A stretch of DNA of 64,000 nucleotides from assembly GCA_030625885.1 (NCBI GenBank), contig DAOUPZ010000010.1, positions 29,812-93,811 of the forward strand, written 5' to 3'. The position numbers and the translations under genes were made by a program. The stretch is from Clostridia bacterium. Its GTDB lineage: Bacteria; Bacillota; DAOUPZ01. The notes beneath the pieces are model-generated. The model searched no databases, was not told the DNA's origin, and saw nothing but the letters and a program-made list of their open reading frames with translations. Below are positions 19,101-29,152 of the stretch, in pieces. Numbering within the stretch: position 1 is the stretch's first letter; every line of letters begins with the position of its first letter.

Positions 19101-19129
19101 TTGATATAGTATAAGTTATTTTGTATAAT
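19101..19129 (+). promoter_or_regulatory. Sigma-A promoter giving a ~220-nt leader for the DUF2294 operon
   Basis: TTGATA-17 nt-TATAAT. Confidence 0.65.
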
Positions 19130-19210
19130 GAAACTGTTGAAGATGTTGTAATTAAGATAATAGAAACATTGGCAGAGTATTCAAGAAGAATGCTATGGTA
19201 GATCTAAGAG

Positions 19211-19300
19211 AAACCTGAGGGTGGCTCAAAGGAAGACCAATATTTTTATAGCGAAGCTCATATTTTGAGTAGGCGCATAAAAGTATTGGTTATTTTTATT
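19211..19300 (+). ncRNA. Putative cis-regulatory leader RNA (conserved hairpin plus long terminator), copy 1
   Basis: AAACCTGAG-GGTGG-CTCAAAGG-AA-GACCAATA...TATTGGTT-ATTTTT; homologous to 19833-19918. Confidence 0.7.
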
Positions 19301-19353
19301 TCGTAAAAAATAGTAGCAATTGTAATTGTTGGAATCTGAGAGGATGTGAGATC

Positions 19354-19803
19354 ATGACTGATTTTACCGATAAAATGGGAAAGACAGGGAAGTCTAACAA
19401 TAAGCAAAAGCAAAATGGTAACAACTCAAGAGACATCAAGTTAAATAACCAACAGAGAAAACAAATGCAGCATGAATTAAAACTATATATGGAAAAATAT
19501 TTTAAACAGAAATTAGGCAAAGGTGTTGATTATACTAAAATAGTAATCTGGGATGATATGCTTATCATTCGAGGAGAGAGTTTTTTAACGGAACCAGAAA
19601 AATACATTGTTCAAACACCTATGGGGCGGGATGTGGTTAAAGCAGCTCGGATGGAGGTCGCTAGACAGCATTCCATAGATAATCTGGCATATTTTGAAAA
19701 AAGGCTAGGTGCTACATGTATTCATCAAGTTTATGATATAGAATCAGAAAAGGATTATTGGATCCATGTGATGGTTTTTGATCGAGTGTTGACAGAAGTA
19801 TAG
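19354..19803 (+). CDS. DUF2294 / MpsC-family protein
   Basis: KQKLGKG...K.VI.DDMLIIR...FLTEPEK.I....G...VK..R pattern. Confidence 0.75.
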   Translation: MTDFTDKMGKTGKSNNKQKQNGNNSRDIKLNNQQRKQMQHELKLYMEKYFKQKLGKGVDYTKIVIWDDMLIIRGESFLTEPEKYIVQTPMGRDVVKAARMEVARQHSIDNLAYFEKRLGATCIHQVYDIESEKDYWIHVMVFDRVLTEV

Positions 19804-19832
19804 AAAAGGGAATATTTTGGTGGTTTTAGGAA

Positions 19833-19918
19833 AAACCTGAGGGTGGTTCTGAGGAAGACCAATGTTTTTATGACGTACTCTATTCTGAGTGTGTGCATGA
19901 GAATATTGGTCTTTTTTT
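19833..19918 (+). ncRNA. Putative cis-regulatory leader RNA, copy 2
   Basis: AAACCTGAG-GGTGG-TTCTGAGG-AA-GACCAATG...TATTGGTC-TTTTTTT, between the DUF2294 and ADH genes. Confidence 0.7.
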
Positions 19919-19986
19919 GTACTAGAATGATTTCTAAAAGGTTTTAAGGGTCAACAGGCCTTAAAATAAATAAAAAATAGGGGGAA

Positions 19987-21051
19987 TTGAACATGAATCA
20001 AAAAACAATGAAAGCTGCAGTGTATCATGGACCGGGGGATATGAGATTGGATGAGGTGCCGGTACCTCAAATTATTGAACCAGATGATGCTATTGTTCGG
20101 GTAACGACATCGACTATTTGCGGAACTGATATTCACATTGAAGCAGGTGGTATGCCAGAAGTTGAACCTGGACGCGTTATAGGTCATGAATTTGTGGGAG
20201 AAGTTGTAGAAGTGGGTCCAAATGTAAGAAATGCTAAAGTAGGGGATAAAGTAGCTGTTTCTTGTGTCACACAATGTGGAGAATGCTTCTATTGTGTTCG
20301 TGGAGACTATTCCCACTGTACAACTGGAAGCTGGATTTTCGGTTATATGATTGATGGCTGTCAGGCTGAATATGTTCGTGTCCCACATGCTAACATGGGA
20401 TTGCATCAAATTCCGGAAGGGCTAACCGAAGAAGATGTATTATTTGTGGGTGATATCTTATCTACAGGTTATTTTGGCGCAGAAAAAGCAAGAATTCAAC
20501 CTGGTGACACAGTAGCAGTAATGGGTTGTGGTCCTGTTGGAATGTGTGCTATGGCAACAGCAAGATTATGGGGACCTTCACAAATTATTGCTGTGGATAT
20601 GAATCAAGATCGATTGGATATTGCGGTAAAAGAAGGTATTGCAGATATTGCTATTAATCCTGCAAAAGAAAATGCTGCGGAAAAAATTAGAGAATTGACT
20701 CAAGGTCGTGGTGCTGATGTAACAATCGAAGCAGTAGGGGCAAAAGGAACTTATGAGTTAGCGCTAGACGCCGTAAGAGCAGGTGGAAATGTTTCAATTA
20801 TAGGTGTATTTGAAAAACCACAAGAATTACCAATGAATAAATTATGGATTAAAAATATTAATATCAGCATGGGATTGGTTACTGCTAACCGTATTCCAGA
20901 ATTAATTAAACTCATTCAGACTGGAAAAATTAACACCAATTTCTTAATTACACATCGGGCACCACTAAATGATATTCTTAAAGGTTACGATGTTTTTGGC
21001 AATAAGAAAGACAATTGCCTAAAATGGATTGTTACACCTTTTGAAAAATAA
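19987..21051 (+). CDS. Zinc-dependent alcohol dehydrogenase (MDR, FDH-like)
   Basis: ICGTD, GHEFVG, CGECFYC...C, GDILSTG and GCGPVG. Start is TTG 19987 or ATG 19993. Confidence 0.92.
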   Translation: MNMNQKTMKAAVYHGPGDMRLDEVPVPQIIEPDDAIVRVTTSTICGTDIHIEAGGMPEVEPGRVIGHEFVGEVVEVGPNVRNAKVGDKVAVSCVTQCGECFYCVRGDYSHCTTGSWIFGYMIDGCQAEYVRVPHANMGLHQIPEGLTEEDVLFVGDILSTGYFGAEKARIQPGDTVAVMGCGPVGMCAMATARLWGPSQIIAVDMNQDRLDIAVKEGIADIAINPAKENAAEKIRELTQGRGADVTIEAVGAKGTYELALDAVRAGGNVSIIGVFEKPQELPMNKLWIKNINISMGLVTANRIPELIKLIQTGKINTNFLITHRAPLNDILKGYDVFGNKKDNCLKWIVTPFEK

Positions 21052-21403
21052 ATAATCATATGAGTTATTGTACTTGGGGTTAACACTAGTAATAAATAAC
21101 CTCAAGTACAAGATATAAATGAAAGAAAATATGAATGATTAAAGTTTATTAGTATTCTGTAATTAAGCTTGTGGTAAGTACCCCCAATATTTACCACATG
21201 ATTCATGTTCAAAGAAGATATATAACCAGTGTAGTTACCAGTGTAAACAAGCAAAAACTTTCCTTTATTAAGGGAGGTTTTTTGCTGTATCAAAAAGAAT
21301 GAGATAATAAAGAAAAACAAGATGAATAATAAAAATTACATGTTTTGATGTTGATTAGGTAACTTGCATGATAGGATAAATAACTAAGTTTGGAGAATTA
21401 AAA

Positions 21404-22330
21404 ATGAACTATAAAAAGATATTTACTGATCCCTCAGGGGTATTATTTTTTTCTATAATTTGCTGTTTCTTGTGGGGGAGTGCCTTTCCTGTTTTGAAGA
21501 TTAGTTTTGAAAAAATGGGATTCTTGCCAGAAAACAGTTTGGATAAGATGGCTTTTGCGGGAATGCGTTTTTTGTTAGCATCGATTATAATTTTCTTTTT
21601 TTATAGAATTGTGTTAAAGGGCAGTATTGCTATTCCAAAATCGTTAGGGTGGCAATTGTTGTTGTTAGGGATTTTTCAAACAAGCCTCCAATATTATTTT
21701 TTTTATAATGCATTAGCCTATATAACCGGAATGAAAGGTGCGATTTTAGAGTCGGTTGGTAGTTTTTTTGTTGTAATATTCGCCCATTTTTTGTACAAAA
21801 ATGATCGGATAAATAACAGGAAAGTATGGGGGGTAATATGTGGCTTTGTTGGTATTTTACTTGTTAATTGGGGAAAAGAATTTTCGTGGACATTTTCTAT
21901 TAAAGGAGAAGGTTATCTCATTTTTTCAGGGTTAGTCAGTGCACTGGGAATGTTGTTAGCAAAAGAGCTTTCTAAGCAGATTCATCCATTTTTGCTTACG
22001 GCATGGCAGATGTTTATTGGATCGCTAATTTTGTTATTATTGGGCATGTCTCGAATTGCGGCTGTTATGGTGCAATTTACACCAATAACAGAAATCCTTT
22101 TTATTTATGCAGCACTTCTATCTGCCATTGCTTTTTCCATTTGGCACTTGCTTTTAAAATATAATAAAGCGGGTGAAGTGGTACTTTATCAATTTATGAT
22201 TCCGGTATCAGGAGCATTACTGTCAACAATTTTTATTCCCGGAGAAAAATTGACTTTGTTTATGATATTGGGGTTGATATTTGTAAGTTTAGGAATATTG
22301 ATTGTTAATATACAAATAAAAGAGAAATAA
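21404..22330 (+). CDS. DMT/EamA family transporter
   Basis: LWGSAFP, FAGMRF and 10 TMs. Confidence 0.9.
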   Translation: MNYKKIFTDPSGVLFFSIICCFLWGSAFPVLKISFEKMGFLPENSLDKMAFAGMRFLLASIIIFFFYRIVLKGSIAIPKSLGWQLLLLGIFQTSLQYYFFYNALAYITGMKGAILESVGSFFVVIFAHFLYKNDRINNRKVWGVICGFVGILLVNWGKEFSWTFSIKGEGYLIFSGLVSALGMLLAKELSKQIHPFLLTAWQMFIGSLILLLLGMSRIAAVMVQFTPITEILFIYAALLSAIAFSIWHLLLKYNKAGEVVLYQFMIPVSGALLSTIFIPGEKLTLFMILGLIFVSLGILIVNIQIKEK

Positions 22331-22399
22331 ATATTAATTATAAAAAATATGTATCTATTTTAGATACATATTTTTTTGAAAAATAATTCAAAAAAGATA

Positions 22400-22447
22400 T
22401 TGACAAAACGATTAAATGTAATTATAATAAAATTGTAACTATTACAA
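22400..22447 (+). promoter_or_regulatory. Consensus sigma-A promoter plus PerR-like box upstream of rubrerythrin
   Basis: TTGACA-17-TATAAT (22400-22428); TTGTAAC-T-ATTACAA (22433-22447). Confidence 0.7.
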
Positions 22448-22478
22448 ATTATTATAAAAAGCTAAAGGAGGATTTACA

Positions 22479-23027
22479 ATGAAAAAATTTGTTTGTTCTG
22501 TTTGTGGTTATGTACATATGGGAGATACTGCGCCAGAAAAATGTCCGCAATGTGGTGTAGCAGCAGATAAGTTTATTGAAAAAGTTGAAGGCGGAGATTT
22601 GAAATGGGCTGATGAACATAAAATTGGTATCGCAAAAGGGTTAGATCCGGAAGTGGTTCAATGTTTAAAAGATAATTTTATGGGTGAATGTACGGAAGTG
22701 GGGATGTACTTGGCAATGGGTCGTCAAGCGGATCGGGAAGGATATCCTGAGGTAGCAGAAGCTTATAAAAAAATTGCTTTTGAAGAGGCAGAACATGCCG
22801 CAAAATTTGCAGAGCTTTTAGGGGAAGTCGTTGCCGCAGATACCAAAACCAATTTACAAATGCGAGTGGATGCAGAACATGGTGCTTGTCAAGGTAAAAA
22901 GGATTTAGCAACAAAAGCAAAAGAACTCGGTTATGATGCTATTCATGATACGGTACACGAAATGTGCAAGGATGAAGCGCGTCATGGCTCCGCATTTGCT
23001 GGAATGTTAAAAAGATATTTTGGCTAG
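22479..23027 (+). CDS. Reverse rubrerythrin / NADH peroxidase
   Basis: N-terminal CSVCGY..CPQC rubredoxin-like domain; EAEH and EARH diiron motifs. Confidence 0.93.
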   Translation: MKKFVCSVCGYVHMGDTAPEKCPQCGVAADKFIEKVEGGDLKWADEHKIGIAKGLDPEVVQCLKDNFMGECTEVGMYLAMGRQADREGYPEVAEAYKKIAFEEAEHAAKFAELLGEVVAADTKTNLQMRVDAEHGACQGKKDLATKAKELGYDAIHDTVHEMCKDEARHGSAFAGMLKRYFG

Positions 23028-23257
23028 AGTAAACATAATAAGGTTAAGAAGTGCTTGTCGAAAATGATAGGCACTTTTTTTATGGGCTAAACAGATTATA
23101 TTTAGTTATGAAACAGAAGGAAGAGAATCATTGATGTTGAAGTTTTAATTATATTACCCTTATTTGGAAATGTATGCTACGTATATATGAGGTTTTAGGA
23201 TGAAAAAATAAAATGAGATATTATAAGCATCAAAGCTAAATATAAAGGGGAAATATA

Positions 23258-23764
23258 ATGAAACAAATTTTATTGATTTTATTATTACAGCTGATTTACC
23301 TGCCGCTTTTGACACTAAGAACAATTTTTCTGGTTAGAAATAATAGTGTGTTGGCTTCAATTTTAGGCTTTATGGAAGCATTGGTTTATATATTTGGCTT
23401 AGCACTTGTTTTTAGCGGCGAACAAACCATGCTGGCTATGATTGTATATGCTGTTGGTTATGGCTTAGGGATTTTTGTAGGTGTCTATATTGAGCAAAAG
23501 TTAGCCATTGGGTATACAACGTTTGCAGTATGTTTAATAAACAAGAATGCAGAATTAATAGCGCATCTTAGAATTGAAGGATTTGGGGTCGCAGTTTTTG
23601 AAGGTGAAGGAATGGATGGGAAACGATACAGGTTGGAAATTTTAACAGAACGGAGTCGGGAAAAAGAGTTATTAGAATTCATTGAAGCACATGAGCCCGA
23701 AGCATTTATTGTTTCTTATGAGCCAAAGAAATTTAAGATAAGAAGAAATTTACTATTTAAATAG
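23258..23764 (+). CDS. DUF2179 (YebE-like) membrane protein
   Basis: TLRTI, E.KLAIGY and P.AFIVSYEP. Confidence 0.85.
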   Translation: MKQILLILLLQLIYLPLLTLRTIFLVRNNSVLASILGFMEALVYIFGLALVFSGEQTMLAMIVYAVGYGLGIFVGVYIEQKLAIGYTTFAVCLINKNAELIAHLRIEGFGVAVFEGEGMDGKRYRLEILTERSREKELLEFIEAHEPEAFIVSYEPKKFKIRRNLLFK

Positions 23765-23777
23765 GAGCGATATCATT

Positions 23778-24401
23778 ATGGGAAATAAACAGGAACTGTT
23801 TTGGGAATTTGAAAAACATTTAATGGAAGATTCCAAACCATCTAACTATTTCAATGAAATGCTTAAGTCAGGGCTGTTTTCCGAAACATATCCTTTTACA
23901 TTATTAGGAGATTTAATGGATACATCGCAATCGGCCAAGTATCATCCAGAAGGGAGTGTTTGGAATCATACCATGCTGGTTGTGGATCAAGCTGCTCAAG
24001 TGAAGCAGCGCAGCCAAGCGCCACGAGTTTTTATGTGGGCAGCGTTATTACATGATTTAGGCAAAGCCCGTACAACCAGAGAGAAGAAGGGCAGGATTAC
24101 TTCTTATGATCATGATAAATGTGGGGCAAAACTTGCTGCAGAATTTCTCGAAGTATTTAGCGATGATCAGGATTATATAAAAAAGGTAGCGAAAATGGTA
24201 AGATGGCATATGCAAACGCTTTTTGTGGTACGTGATTTGCCATTTGCAGAAATTAAGAAAATGCTTGATGAAGTTTCACTGGATGAAATTGCGTTATTGT
24301 CATTGTGCGACCGTTTAGGGAGAGGTGGGATGACACCGCAGAAAATCGCAGAAGAACGAGAAAATATCAGATGCTTTGTGGAAAAATGCCAGACTTACTA
24401 A
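23778..24401 (+). CDS. HD-domain protein (like the CCA-enzyme HD domain)
   Basis: YHPEGSVWNHT, ALLHDLGK, VRWHM and CDRLGR. Confidence 0.88.
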   Translation: MGNKQELFWEFEKHLMEDSKPSNYFNEMLKSGLFSETYPFTLLGDLMDTSQSAKYHPEGSVWNHTMLVVDQAAQVKQRSQAPRVFMWAALLHDLGKARTTREKKGRITSYDHDKCGAKLAAEFLEVFSDDQDYIKKVAKMVRWHMQTLFVVRDLPFAEIKKMLDEVSLDEIALLSLCDRLGRGGMTPQKIAEERENIRCFVEKCQTY

Positions 24402-24494
24402 TCCATCATTTGCAATAGAGGTTTATGAGAAGGATGCTGGAAAAAAAGATCCGGCATCCTTCATGAAAGTATTAAATAGAGTGGAAGTTGCTTT

Positions 24495-25244
24495 TTATAT
24501 ATCTAAGATTTTCCTCAATTCTTTTGCTTGTCGGCGGCTGACCTGTATTTTGCTTTGGCTTTTATCTGTTAGAACAAGATTATAAGTACCTTTGAAAAAG
24601 GGAAGAACTTCTTTGATTTTACTAAGATTGACGATAAAGCTTCTGTGTGTTCTGAAAAATGTTTTCGAGTCCAATTTTTTTTCTAATGATGATAATGTAT
24701 ATCGAGTAATATATTGATCATTGGCGGTTTTGACATATACATAGCTTTGTTCAGTGTAAAAGTAGTAGATATCATCTGTACTTAATATAATGATTTTACC
24801 ATTTTTTTCTGCGGATAGTCTGATCATATTGTCTGGTGGAATATTACTTTTTTCAATTGATTGATCAGATAAATCATCATTATTAATACTGATTTTAGAA
24901 ATGGCTTTAGCTAACTTACTTTCTTCTATGGGTTTTAGTATATAATCTATAGCATTAACTTCAAAAGCTTTATAAGCATATTCTTCATATGCTGTTACAT
25001 AAATAATCTTTGGCGGATTTTCCATGTTTGCGATTTCTTTTCCAACATCTATGCCATTTGAATTAGGAAATGATATATCTAAGAAAACGACGTCATAGTT
25101 TAGGGCGTTGATTAAAGTTAATGCTTCTTCAGCATTGGTTGCTTCTCCAACTATATTGATATGATGTAATTTATTTAGGCAATATCTTAATTCTTCTCTG
25201 GCGGGGTATTCGTCATCTACTATTAAAGCTCTAATTTTTATCAT
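24495..25244 (-). CDS. LytTR family response regulator
   Basis: IVDDE, FLDI, TAY, YILKP; C-terminal FFRTHRSFIVN...VSR. Confidence 0.92.
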   Translation of the reverse strand: MIKIRALIVDDEYPAREELRYCLNKLHHINIVGEATNAEEALTLINALNYDVVFLDISFPNSNGIDVGKEIANMENPPKIIYVTAYEEYAYKAFEVNAIDYILKPIEESKLAKAISKISINNDDLSDQSIEKSNIPPDNMIRLSAEKNGKIIILSTDDIYYFYTEQSYVYVKTANDQYITRYTLSSLEKKLDSKTFFRTHRSFIVNLSKIKEVLPFFKGTYNLVLTDKSQSKIQVSRRQAKELRKILDI

Positions 25245-26592
25245 ATTCCAACCTACTTTCACCTTCTAAACATATAGGTATTTTAAACCACGCTTTTGTT
25301 CCTTGATCATAAACACTTTCAATGTTTAATCCATAACGATCTCCATAGAGAAGCTTTAGTCTTTCATTAACATTAGGGATTCCGACGCCGCATCCTGTAC
25401 CGTAACCTGGAAGAAAAACATGGTGAAGGTTTTCTTTTTTTATACCTATACCATTATCAGTGACTGAAATGATTATTTCGTCATAAATCTTTTTTGCTGA
25501 TATTTTCACTAAGCCTTCATTTGATTTCGGGATAATTCCGTGTAGTATAGAATTTTGTACTAAGGGTTGAATCGTTAAAACAGGGATCATAATATGTTTT
25601 AAGTTTTCATCTATATCCAATATAACGCTTAGTTTATCTCCGAATCTAGCTTTTTCAATTAAGATATAGGTTTTTACATAGTTTAATTCTTCTTCTAAGG
25701 TGATATATCTATTATTATTATTAAGCATATATCTCAATAGAGAGGATAATTCGATGACGAGTTTTCTGGCATACTCAGGGTTTTTGTTGATATACATATT
25801 GATCGTATTCAGGGTATTAAACAAAAAATGTGGGTTAATTTGTGCTTGCAATGCATCAAGTTTAGCTTCTGTAACTAATTTTGCCTGTCTTTCTAATTCT
25901 GATAATTGTATTTGTACATTTAATAAATTAGCAAGACCGGTTGCTAACCTTACGGTATCATTTGATATTTTACCTTTTTCTGTATGATATAATTTTAAAG
26001 TGCCAATTACTTTATCTTTGTAAAATAAGGGTACGATGATGGCTGATTCGAGGGGGCAAATGCAATTTTTAACATGGCAATTAAATTCATTTTTGCTTTT
26101 AATAATTTTAGTTTTACCAGTCTTAATAGCATCCATGGTGGCCTGAGTTACAATTGGATTGCCCGGAGGATGATGTTCGCATCCTGTTCCTATGAATGCA
26201 AGCACTTTTGTGGTATCAGTAATGGCAACTGCAGGGACGTCGCTGATTGTTTTAATAATATTTGCAATAATTTTGGCTGTTTCTTCATTTAGACCATGTC
26301 TTAAATGAGGTAAAGTTTTATTTGCGATTAGCATGGTATTTTTTAGGGATTCGTAGTTGCTTTGAGTTTGATTTAATTTTTGTTTTGCAGGTATTTTGAT
26401 GATTAGAATGCTCCCGACGAAGCATGATAGTGCAATTAACATGATTTGAAAATAAAATGTTTTATAAATATATGAAAAAATTGAAACAACACATATAAAG
26501 AATACAAACAGATACAAAATTCTAACAGTAAAAATAGAATGGATTATTTTATTCATACTGCTTAATGTGTATTTTATTCTTTTTGTTTTCAT
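25231..26592 (-). CDS. LytS-type histidine kinase (2 TM + GAF)
   Basis: ALQAQINPHFLFNTLN, QPLVQNSILHG, DNGIG and GVGIPNVNERL. Confidence 0.92.
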   Translation of the reverse strand: MKTKRIKYTLSSMNKIIHSIFTVRILYLFVFFICVVSIFSYIYKTFYFQIMLIALSCFVGSILIIKIPAKQKLNQTQSNYESLKNTMLIANKTLPHLRHGLNEETAKIIANIIKTISDVPAVAITDTTKVLAFIGTGCEHHPPGNPIVTQATMDAIKTGKTKIIKSKNEFNCHVKNCICPLESAIIVPLFYKDKVIGTLKLYHTEKGKISNDTVRLATGLANLLNVQIQLSELERQAKLVTEAKLDALQAQINPHFLFNTLNTINMYINKNPEYARKLVIELSSLLRYMLNNNNRYITLEEELNYVKTYILIEKARFGDKLSVILDIDENLKHIMIPVLTIQPLVQNSILHGIIPKSNEGLVKISAKKIYDEIIISVTDNGIGIKKENLHHVFLPGYGTGCGVGIPNVNERLKLLYGDRYGLNIESVYDQGTKAWFKIPICLEGESRLEYDKN

Positions 26593-26678
26593 TATTGTTT
26601 CTCCTATATTTTTTATTTTATTATATCCTTATTAAACATCAGACGTCAAAAAAAATATAATGATCGGATATATAGACC

Positions 26679-26787
26679 TTTAAACGGTCTTTTTTTTATT
26701 TAAACGGTTATTATGCAATTTAATTTACCATTTATTTACCACTCATATATTCAAAATGACCATTTATGTACTGATTGATACCGTTGA
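26679..26787. promoter_or_regulatory. Putative LytTR-binding direct repeats
   Basis: ACCACTCA/ACCATTTA/ACCGTTGA at 26738, 26759 and 26780 (21-bp period). ACCGTTTAAA occurs twice on the minus strand (26679, 26699). Confidence 0.55.
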
Positions 26788-26850
26788 AATGGAAAAACTA
26801 TCTAATTGTGCTTGTACTCATATATGATAAATAAAAAAGGAGGAATGATT

Positions 26851-28761
26851 ATGAGCGATTCAATGAAAAATAGTAAAAAAATATACGGACCAAATCCATC
26901 ATTTGTGGAAAATGCTAATGTCAAAAAGATTGATGAAAATCTTAGTATAGAAAGATTTTGGGAAAAAGAGGCAGAAAGGCTACATTGGTTTAGGAAATGG
27001 GATTCTGTTTTAGAGGGAGAGATTCCTTTCACAAGATGGTTTACCAACGGCAAAATCAATGCGAGTTATAATTGTATTGATAGACACTTAAATAGCTGGA
27101 AAAAGAATAAAGCTGCGTTGATATTTGAAGGTGAACCGGGGGATAGAGCGGTCTATACGTATCAAGATTTGTATAGGGAAGTTACGAAATTTTCCAACGT
27201 CCTTAAAAAAATGGGAATTAATAAAGGGGATGTTGTAACCATTTATTTACCGATGATTCCTCAAGCGGTCATATCAATGTTGGCATGTTCTAGAATTGGT
27301 GCCGTTCATTCAGTTGTATTTGGCGGGTTTTCATCTCAAGCGCTTAGCGATAGAATCAATGATTCTGAAGCGAAACTGGTGATTACATCGGATGGGTATT
27401 GGCGAAGAGGAGGGATTGTACAAGCTAAAGATCGTGTAGATAAAGCGCTGTATGAGACAACCACAGTAGATCATGTTATCGTTATCCAACGATCTAAGAA
27501 TCATATTCATATGGTTAAAGATAGAGATTATTGGTATCACGAATTAATGGATTGGGCGGAAATAGGTTGTGAAGCGGAGGCAATGGATGCTGAAGATGAT
27601 TTGTTCATGCTTTATACGAGTGGGACGACGGGCAAGCCTAAAGGTGTGGTTCATTCAACAGGTGGTTATTTAACTGGCGTTAGTTCAACACATCATAATG
27701 TTTTTGATCATAAAGATGAAGATGTTTATTGGTGTGCAGCAGACATCGGTTGGATAACAGGTCACAGCTATATTGTTTATGGGCCATTGAGTAATGGCTC
27801 AACATTGTTGATATATGAAGGTGCGCCGGATTACCCAGCTAAAGATAGGACATGGGATATTGTGGAAAAATATAGCGTTTCCATACTATATACAGCACCT
27901 ACTGCGATTAGAATGTTTATGAAATGGGGAGAAAAATGGTTAGAAAATAAAAACCTTTCTTCTCTTAGATTGCTTGGATCAGTTGGAGAACCTATAAATC
28001 CGGAAGCTTGGGAGTGGTATTATAAGAATGTAGGTAAAGGTAATTGCCCTATTGTTGATACCTGGTGGCAAACAGAAACAGGCAGTATTATGATTTCTTC
28101 ATTACCAGGCATAAATAAGATGAAGCCGGGTTCCGTGTGTAAACCTTTACCGGGTATTTGTGCCGATGTTGTAGATGATAAAGGTGAATCTGTACCATAT
28201 GGAAGAAATGGATATTTAGTTGTTAAAAGGCCGTGGCCTTCAATGTTAAGAAATGTATATAAGAATACACAAAGATATGTGGAGACGTATTGGAGTATGT
28301 TTGACGGGATGTTCTGTACGGGAGATGGGGCATTCAAAGATGAAGATGGATATATATGGGTTTCCGGTAGAGTGGATGATGTCATAGTTTGTGCGGGTCA
28401 TAATATTGGTTCTGCAGAAGTAGAGAGTTCAATCGTTACACATAAAAGTGTTGCAGAAGCGGCTGCGATTGGTTGTAATAACGCAATAAAAGGTTTAGGG
28501 ATTTGTATATTTGCGACACTAAAAGAAGGAGAATTTCCAAGTCGAGATTTGGAAAATGAATTGAGTGAAATTATCATTGCAGAAATAGGTAAATTTGCTA
28601 AGCCTGATAAATATTTCTTTGCTAAGGAGCTTCCCAAAACGAGAAGTGGTAAGATTATGAGGAGATTATTAAGAGATGTTGCAGAAGGCAGAGAGCTTGG
28701 AGATACGACAACATTACTAGATGTGAGTGTCATAGACGATTTTATGACCATGGATGATTAA
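26851..28761 (+). CDS. acsA: Acetyl-CoA synthetase
   Basis: YTSGTTGKPKG, DTWWQTETG and PKTRSGKIMRR; AAGGAGG RBS. Confidence 0.95.
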   Translation: MSDSMKNSKKIYGPNPSFVENANVKKIDENLSIERFWEKEAERLHWFRKWDSVLEGEIPFTRWFTNGKINASYNCIDRHLNSWKKNKAALIFEGEPGDRAVYTYQDLYREVTKFSNVLKKMGINKGDVVTIYLPMIPQAVISMLACSRIGAVHSVVFGGFSSQALSDRINDSEAKLVITSDGYWRRGGIVQAKDRVDKALYETTTVDHVIVIQRSKNHIHMVKDRDYWYHELMDWAEIGCEAEAMDAEDDLFMLYTSGTTGKPKGVVHSTGGYLTGVSSTHHNVFDHKDEDVYWCAADIGWITGHSYIVYGPLSNGSTLLIYEGAPDYPAKDRTWDIVEKYSVSILYTAPTAIRMFMKWGEKWLENKNLSSLRLLGSVGEPINPEAWEWYYKNVGKGNCPIVDTWWQTETGSIMISSLPGINKMKPGSVCKPLPGICADVVDDKGESVPYGRNGYLVVKRPWPSMLRNVYKNTQRYVETYWSMFDGMFCTGDGAFKDEDGYIWVSGRVDDVIVCAGHNIGSAEVESSIVTHKSVAEAAAIGCNNAIKGLGICIFATLKEGEFPSRDLENELSEIIIAEIGKFAKPDKYFFAKELPKTRSGKIMRRLLRDVAEGRELGDTTTLLDVSVIDDFMTMDD

Positions 28762-28790
28762 GCGTGTAGGATCAAATATGTAAATGAACT

Positions 28791-28828
28791 AACATGAGAA
28801 CGGTCGATGAGCTGTTCTCATGTTTTTT
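28791..28828 (+). terminator. Terminator after acsA
   Basis: AACATGAGAAC...GTTCTCATGTT followed by T-run. Confidence 0.7.
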
Positions 28829-28911
28829 AGTATGCGGTAGATTATGTTAGAGCCGGTTACTTTTTTGTTTGAGATATAGATATCCAAGCTGATAACTTAA
28901 ATTATAGATTT

Positions 28912-28957
28912 TTTTATCTTTTATTTCCAACTAACCAACTTTCCAACTAACCAACTG
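28912..28957 (-). repeat. 8-mer tandem repeat (CCAACTAA/CCAACTTT, about 4 units) with AAAAGATAAAA tag on the minus strand
   Basis: TTTTATCTTTTATTT-CCAACTAA-CCAACTTT-CCAACTAA-CCAACTG. Confidence 0.7.
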
Positions 28958-29152
28958 CCCTCTGAAATTAAGCTCTAAGAAAAATATTTGATGCGTTCAA
29001 TATAATAATTTTAATTTTGACATTGGATATCTATAACAACGCCGTTTAATGGATATTAGCGCTCAAAAAGGGCTGATTTGAACCATTGAAAGCATAATGG
29101 TCGTTAAAGTTCAGGATACGTATTAGAATAAATAAAAAAGGGTGGTGTAGAA

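Noticed and set aside
19211..19918. Duplicated leader as T-box, ANTAR dual hairpin, or c-di-GMP/Na+ riboswitch
   Set aside because: No T-box sequence, no paired hexaloop hairpins, and no consensus I could match by eye. An Rfam search is still needed.
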